Translations under genes and position numbers: made by a program
From: an uncultured bacterium
GTDB taxonomy: Bacteria; Babelota; Babeliae; Babelales; Vermiphilaceae
DNA: 64,000 nt
Assembly: GCA_963701085.1 (NCBI GenBank)
Contig: OY969561.1
Coordinates: forward strand, 512,001 to 576,000
Direction of reading: 5' to 3'
Notes under the pieces: model-generated
Told to the model about the DNA's origin: nothing
The model's input: the letters and a program-made list of their open reading frames with translations, nothing else
Database searches by the model: none
Part shown: piece after piece, positions 59,735-64,000 of the stretch
Numbering within the stretch: the first letter of the stretch is position 1
How the letters are laid out: every line of letters begins with the position of its first letter

Positions 59735-60370
59735 ATGAATATTAAGTACATTATAGTTGGAATTGCTCTCTTTATTCTTATCAGTATCATATGGCGACTG
59801 GCTTCACGTCAAAATTCATTACCCTGCCCCATTTGGTTGAGCTGGTTAGTTGAAATGGATAACCCATTTACCAAAGCAAATCAGGCACAATCTCTTGTTG
59901 AACGCTTACACCTTGAACTGGGGATGAAAGTAATTGACGTAGGGTGTGGCCCGGGACGAGTAACAATTCCTACTGCACAAAAAGTTGGTCCGCAGGGAAT
60001 AGTAACCGCAATGGATATCCAAGCCAGAATGTTAGAGAGGGTACAAAAAAAAGCTGCGACAGCACAATTGCACAACATCCAATTCCTTCAAGCGGGGATA
60101 GGTGAAAAGAAACTTGAACACAATTATTATGACCGCGCATTGCTTGTTACCGTATTGGGTGAAATTCCCAATCAACATGCAGCATTCAAAGAGATATTCA
60201 ACGCTCTCAAGCCCGGCGGATTGCTATTAGTCTCTGAAGTTATTTTTGACCCCCACTTTCAGCGCATGGGAACCGTTCAATCATTAGCCAATACAATAGG
60301 CTTTGAACAAAAAGAGACAATAGGAAACCGCTTTGCATACACCATGCAATTAAAAAAACCATCTCTATAA
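59735..60370 (+). CDS. Class I SAM-dependent methyltransferase
   Basis: VIDVGCGPG, AMDIQ, LKPGG. Confidence 0.92.
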   Translation: MNIKYIIVGIALFILISIIWRLASRQNSLPCPIWLSWLVEMDNPFTKANQAQSLVERLHLELGMKVIDVGCGPGRVTIPTAQKVGPQGIVTAMDIQARMLERVQKKAATAQLHNIQFLQAGIGEKKLEHNYYDRALLVTVLGEIPNQHAAFKEIFNALKPGGLLLVSEVIFDPHFQRMGTVQSLANTIGFEQKETIGNRFAYTMQLKKPSL

Positions 60371-60506
60371 CCAAAAAACTATAAGGATCTGTTATATGAC
60401 ATTAATCACTAATCCATCGTTACTAGAATCCTGCAAATATTGAATAAAAAAAACAGCAAACAAAGCGGTACCTTTTTTGCTGCCATAAACCAATGGATCA
60501 TAATTA

Positions 60507-61238
60507 TTAAAAACCAAATCCACCAAGAGATCGTGAACATATCGAGCATTTTTTGTCTCTCATACCATCATAACAATTAATACAGATAAAATTACCCAGA
60601 TGTCTATTAACACATGGAATGTTAGATAAATAATATCGATGTGTTTTACACACAAAACATGCTTGCATATTAAACAACTTAATCATCTTCGGCCTCATTG
60701 GATGTTTCATAGGAATTTTAAAATAAATATTTTTATTAACTGCCGCACCATACAACAACAGTTTTTTTATCACATCTTTATTAGACTGTTCTACAGCATA
60801 ACAGAGTGGGCTGTTACCATAACTATCATATATATTAACGCGCGCTCCACCCTTTAAAAGATCTAAATATTTATCACCATCATTCTGTGCAATTACCCTG
60901 CATAACAAAAGTCTCCCTGCGATATCATACACATCAAGATCAAATCCACTATGCACTAATTTCTTAAGAGATGCATACTTGAACAATTCTTTTGTTGAAA
61001 CTGCAATAAACGCATCGGCAAAGCTTCGGTGCACACAAGAAAGCGCTTTATCATCTTCATGCCCAAACAAAACAGAGGGATTATTTTTAATGATATCTAC
61101 CACGTCATCAATATTACCATAGTCAAAGGCTCTTATAAGCGCTGTTCGAGCTATCTGCTTATCAGTAACTGAATTCATCCCTATGATAGTGCCCGCACTC
61201 ATTATGCACCATAAAAACAGATATATTTTAATTTTCAA
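60507..61238 (-). CDS. Secreted ankyrin-repeat protein with a C-terminal RING-like zinc finger
   Basis: TTG start with a GAGGGA RBS; GNSPLCYAV...LLLYGA ankyrin; C-x2-C-x11-C-x3-H-x5-C-x2-C-x8-C-x2-C. Confidence 0.78.
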   Translation of the reverse strand: MKIKIYLFLWCIMSAGTIIGMNSVTDKQIARTALIRAFDYGNIDDVVDIIKNNPSVLFGHEDDKALSCVHRSFADAFIAVSTKELFKYASLKKLVHSGFDLDVYDIAGRLLLCRVIAQNDGDKYLDLLKGGARVNIYDSYGNSPLCYAVEQSNKDVIKKLLLYGAAVNKNIYFKIPMKHPMRPKMIKLFNMQACFVCKTHRYYLSNIPCVNRHLGNFICINCYDGMRDKKCSICSRSLGGFGF

Positions 61239-61333
61239 ATTGTCCCTCAATTGCTCTGTAATGCGCATCTTACCCATTATCTAAAAATATAATAAAAATT
61301 AGCGTATTTGCCAATCAGAACACAATCGTCACT

Positions 61334-61368
61334 AAAAAAGGTGCTCTCTTAAAAAAGCACCTTTTTTT
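61334..61368. terminator. Rho-independent terminator
   Basis: aaaaaaggtgct...agcaccttttttt. Confidence 0.75.
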
Positions 61369-61391
61369 ACTCTACAAAATTCTTATAGTAT

Positions 61392-61799
61392 CTATACTTG
61401 TAGATATGCAAGCACGGAAGCAACAAATGCAGCTTTAGACATAAGGTCTTTGTTACACTCAATCTGATCACCATCAAGATTACTTTGTACGCTGGCAATA
61501 GTATTATTACAAAGTTCCAATCCAAGAGTACAACTAGCAACCGTTAAAAGTAATTTCAATAATGATGATTCAATAGTAAGATAACGCACTAATCCATTTT
61601 CAACATATCCTATGACCTCACCTGTTACAGCACCAACACAACCACCCACAACAAACGATCCAATAGATGATGCAAGAAATTGTCTTACCGTAGCATTTTG
61701 AATGACATTTCTTTTTGCATTCTTACGTGCAGCAAATGCAGAAAATGGCACGGCTGATAAAAAAAACAGACCAACAAAAACAAACATTCTTTTATTCAT
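61392..61799 (-). CDS. Hypothetical exported or membrane protein
   Basis: AGGAGAG RBS, AFA signal, glycine-zipper-like segment. Confidence 0.65.
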   Translation of the reverse strand: MNKRMFVFVGLFFLSAVPFSAFAARKNAKRNVIQNATVRQFLASSIGSFVVGGCVGAVTGEVIGYVENGLVRYLTIESSLLKLLLTVASCTLGLELCNNTIASVQSNLDGDQIECNKDLMSKAAFVASVLAYLQV

Positions 61800-61828
61800 G
61801 ATACACTCTCTCCTCATAAAAAACGTTT

Positions 61829-63550
61829 TCAACAAATTAGATCCATATATTTCTTATATTCGATCAAGAAATTTTTTGCAATAGTTGTTGCAACTTGTGC
61901 CGCACCAACTCGCTCAACAAGAATGACAACAACAAGTGGATTATACTCCTTATACTGAAAATGTCCTACAAACCATCCATGCTCCAAATATTTATCATCA
62001 AGCTTACGTTTGCTAAAATCACTTGTTTGCGCGGTACTTGTTTTTGCATAAATTATTATATCTTTTACTTTACGCACAGAGCGTCCTGTACCACTTTTTA
62101 CCACGGATTTCATTGATTTTTTTAAAAACGTAATTGTCTCAGGTTTAATATCAAGAGGACTCGTGACAACAGGCTCATTAACGAGCAAGCGTGGCGCAAC
62201 CAAATAACCAGTAAAAATACTTGCTATCATGCATGCAATCTGAATCGGTGTCGCCAATAAAAAGCTTTGTCCAATAGCAACTGATAATGTTTCTCCTGGC
62301 CACCAACGCTCACCCTTATAATCAAACTTCCACTCTCTGTTGGGGATCAATCCCATTTTTTCTGGAAAAACAATATTTGTTTTTTTACCCAGTCCAAACT
62401 TATAGGCATATTCAGCAAGAATATCAATATCAATTTTTTTACCAATCTCAAAAAAAAGTGTATTACACGATTCTGCTACCGCTTTTTTTATTGATATTTC
62501 ACCATGCCCAGATCTCCGTGCGCACCAGTATTTTCGGTTACCAAAGAGCGTGTATCCTTTACAATTCCACAATGAATCTTCAGGAATAATGCCACGTTCA
62601 AGAGCAGCACTGATAGTAACAAGTTTAAAAATAGATCCTGCAGGATAACTCGCATCAAACGCTCGATTAAGAAAAGGATTTTTTTCCTGCAAACCCTGCC
62701 ACGTATCATATGAAATGGGATCAAGAAAAATATTAGGATTAAAATTAGGACGCGATACTAACGCCACAATTGCCCCATCAGCTGGATTAAGCAGAATAAG
62801 ACTACCCGTTTGATGTTCAGGAAAAATCTTCTCACACAACGCTTGAACATCGATATTAATGGTAGTTTGAACATCATTGCCAATTAACGCTTTTTCCAAC
62901 TCAACCTGCGATATGCATTGCCCAACGGAATTAACCACGTTACGCATTGATCCTTGTTTACCACACAAATCGGTATTAAACAATTTTTCCAACCCCAACT
63001 GCCCGTTAGCAAGCGCGGTGATATTACCTAAATAACCAACAACATGACTACCACATGAATTATAGGGATAAAACCGTTTAAAATGGGTATCAATAACAAT
63101 GTTTTCATGATTAGGAAAAGTCTCCATCAATTTGCTTAACTTCGTAAAATCAATATCAAAAATCAACTCTGTTTTTTTACTCTTTTTTTCACTTGCCACA
63201 ATTACATCAAATTTTTGTCCTGATGTAAGAACAACTCCCGCAATATCTTCTATTTTTTTTAAAAGTGTTACCTGATCATGAGAAAGAGTTGCCTTACCCG
63301 TTCCTTGCCAATACACGGTGGTTACCGGACGATTTGTTGCAAGAAGATTCCCCCGAACATCACGAATACTACCACGAGGAGAATCAACCGTTGTATAACG
63401 AATAAAATTCTTCTGACTCCGTGATGCGAAATACTCTCCGCAGTAAATTTGCAAAAAAATAAGCCGCAAAAAAATAATCACAAATGATAGTGTTGCGACA
63501 ACAAGAATACAGATGATTTTTTTATTAATAGCGACAGTTGATACAGACAT
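61829..63550 (-). CDS. mrdA: Penicillin-binding protein 2
   Basis: RL..LQI, PRG.I.D.RG, GSIFK (SxxK), SCN, KTSTAQ, HGWF. Confidence 0.93.
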   Translation of the reverse strand: MSVSTVAINKKIICILVVATLSFVIIFLRLIFLQIYCGEYFASRSQKNFIRYTTVDSPRGSIRDVRGNLLATNRPVTTVYWQGTGKATLSHDQVTLLKKIEDIAGVVLTSGQKFDVIVASEKKSKKTELIFDIDFTKLSKLMETFPNHENIVIDTHFKRFYPYNSCGSHVVGYLGNITALANGQLGLEKLFNTDLCGKQGSMRNVVNSVGQCISQVELEKALIGNDVQTTINIDVQALCEKIFPEHQTGSLILLNPADGAIVALVSRPNFNPNIFLDPISYDTWQGLQEKNPFLNRAFDASYPAGSIFKLVTISAALERGIIPEDSLWNCKGYTLFGNRKYWCARRSGHGEISIKKAVAESCNTLFFEIGKKIDIDILAEYAYKFGLGKKTNIVFPEKMGLIPNREWKFDYKGERWWPGETLSVAIGQSFLLATPIQIACMIASIFTGYLVAPRLLVNEPVVTSPLDIKPETITFLKKSMKSVVKSGTGRSVRKVKDIIIYAKTSTAQTSDFSKRKLDDKYLEHGWFVGHFQYKEYNPLVVVILVERVGAAQVATTIAKNFLIEYKKYMDLIC

Positions 63551-63554
63551 AGAT

Positions 63555-64000
63555 TTATTTTTTATTTATCATCGCATTAATCGGATGAACACCTTCACAT
63601 AACTTGGAAAGATTTTCAAGAGAAACATGCGTATACTTTTCGGTTGTTGCAAGCGTTTTATGACCAAGAAGTTCTTGTACTGCACGTAAATCAGCACCCT
63701 GATTGAGCAAGTGAGTTGCAAATGAATGGCGCAGCTTATGTGGCGTGAGTTGTCTTTCAATGGGCAAGAACGCTCTGAACATCTTAATAATTCGCTGAAC
63801 TGAACGCGGCGTCAATTTTTCATAGCGATAATTAAGAAAAAGATGCTCTTGCTGACTTTGTATTTCAGGTCGCTCTATGGTGTAATATTCTAAAATCTTT
63901 TCTCGCGCCTTAAGGCCAAACAATACAATTCGTTCTTTTTTACCCTTGCCAAGAATACGAATCGTCTTAGCATCTAAATCAATATCTTCAACGCAAATAT
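63555..64000 (-). CDS. Tyrosine recombinase XerC/XerD, C-terminal part (gene continues beyond the window)
   Basis: [38 protein letters not shown]. Confidence 0.92.
   Translation of the reverse strand, partial: ICVEDIDLDAKTIRILGKGKKERIVLFGLKAREKILEYYTIERPEIQSQQEHLFLNYRYEKLTPRSVQRIIKMFRAFLPIERQLTPHKLRHSFATHLLNQGADLRAVQELLGHKTLATTEKYTHVSLENLSKLCEGVHPINAMINKK

Noticed and set aside
63555-64000. Tyrosine recombinase as a prophage or island integrase
   Set aside because: Motifs and position next to mrdA fit housekeeping XerC/D, and no phage genes are in the window.

Overview
AT-rich bacterial chromosome segment. The gene content points to Candidatus Dependentiae (Babelota/TM6), obligate intracellular parasites of protists: very many ankyrin genes, many signal-peptide orphan proteins and a stripped lipid operon. 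This assignment is inference, not a database result. Housekeeping genes recognised: acpP, a degenerate fabD, gltX, plsX, rpmF, a troABCD-type Mn/Zn ABC transporter, dprA, gyrA, lepA, grpE, ssb, a pgsA-like gene, mnmA, dipZ, mug, tolQRAB, ftsH, rpmB, rpsT, mrdA and a partial xerC/D. An ankyrin-rich island at about 1.5-10.6 kb is heavily frameshifted, probably from unpolished sequence. Main discoveries: (1) two paralogous ~230-250 nt structured non-coding RNAs with compensatory base changes, lying back-to-back around a palindromic repeat after lepA and matching no RNA family I recognise; (2) a family of modular, nested palindromic repeats that sit directly after stop codons and have entered dprA, tolA, gyrA and one orphan gene in frame; (3) two tandem proteins resembling mitochondrial outer-membrane NCA2/DGS1; (4) a FabD lacking its catalytic serine; (5) an 89-nt displaced troD 3' end with only synonymous differences, marking a gene-capture event; (6) candidate host effectors (ankyrin-RING, secreted PP2C and GNAT, an HU-ankyrin fusion), many sharing Met right after the signal peptide.
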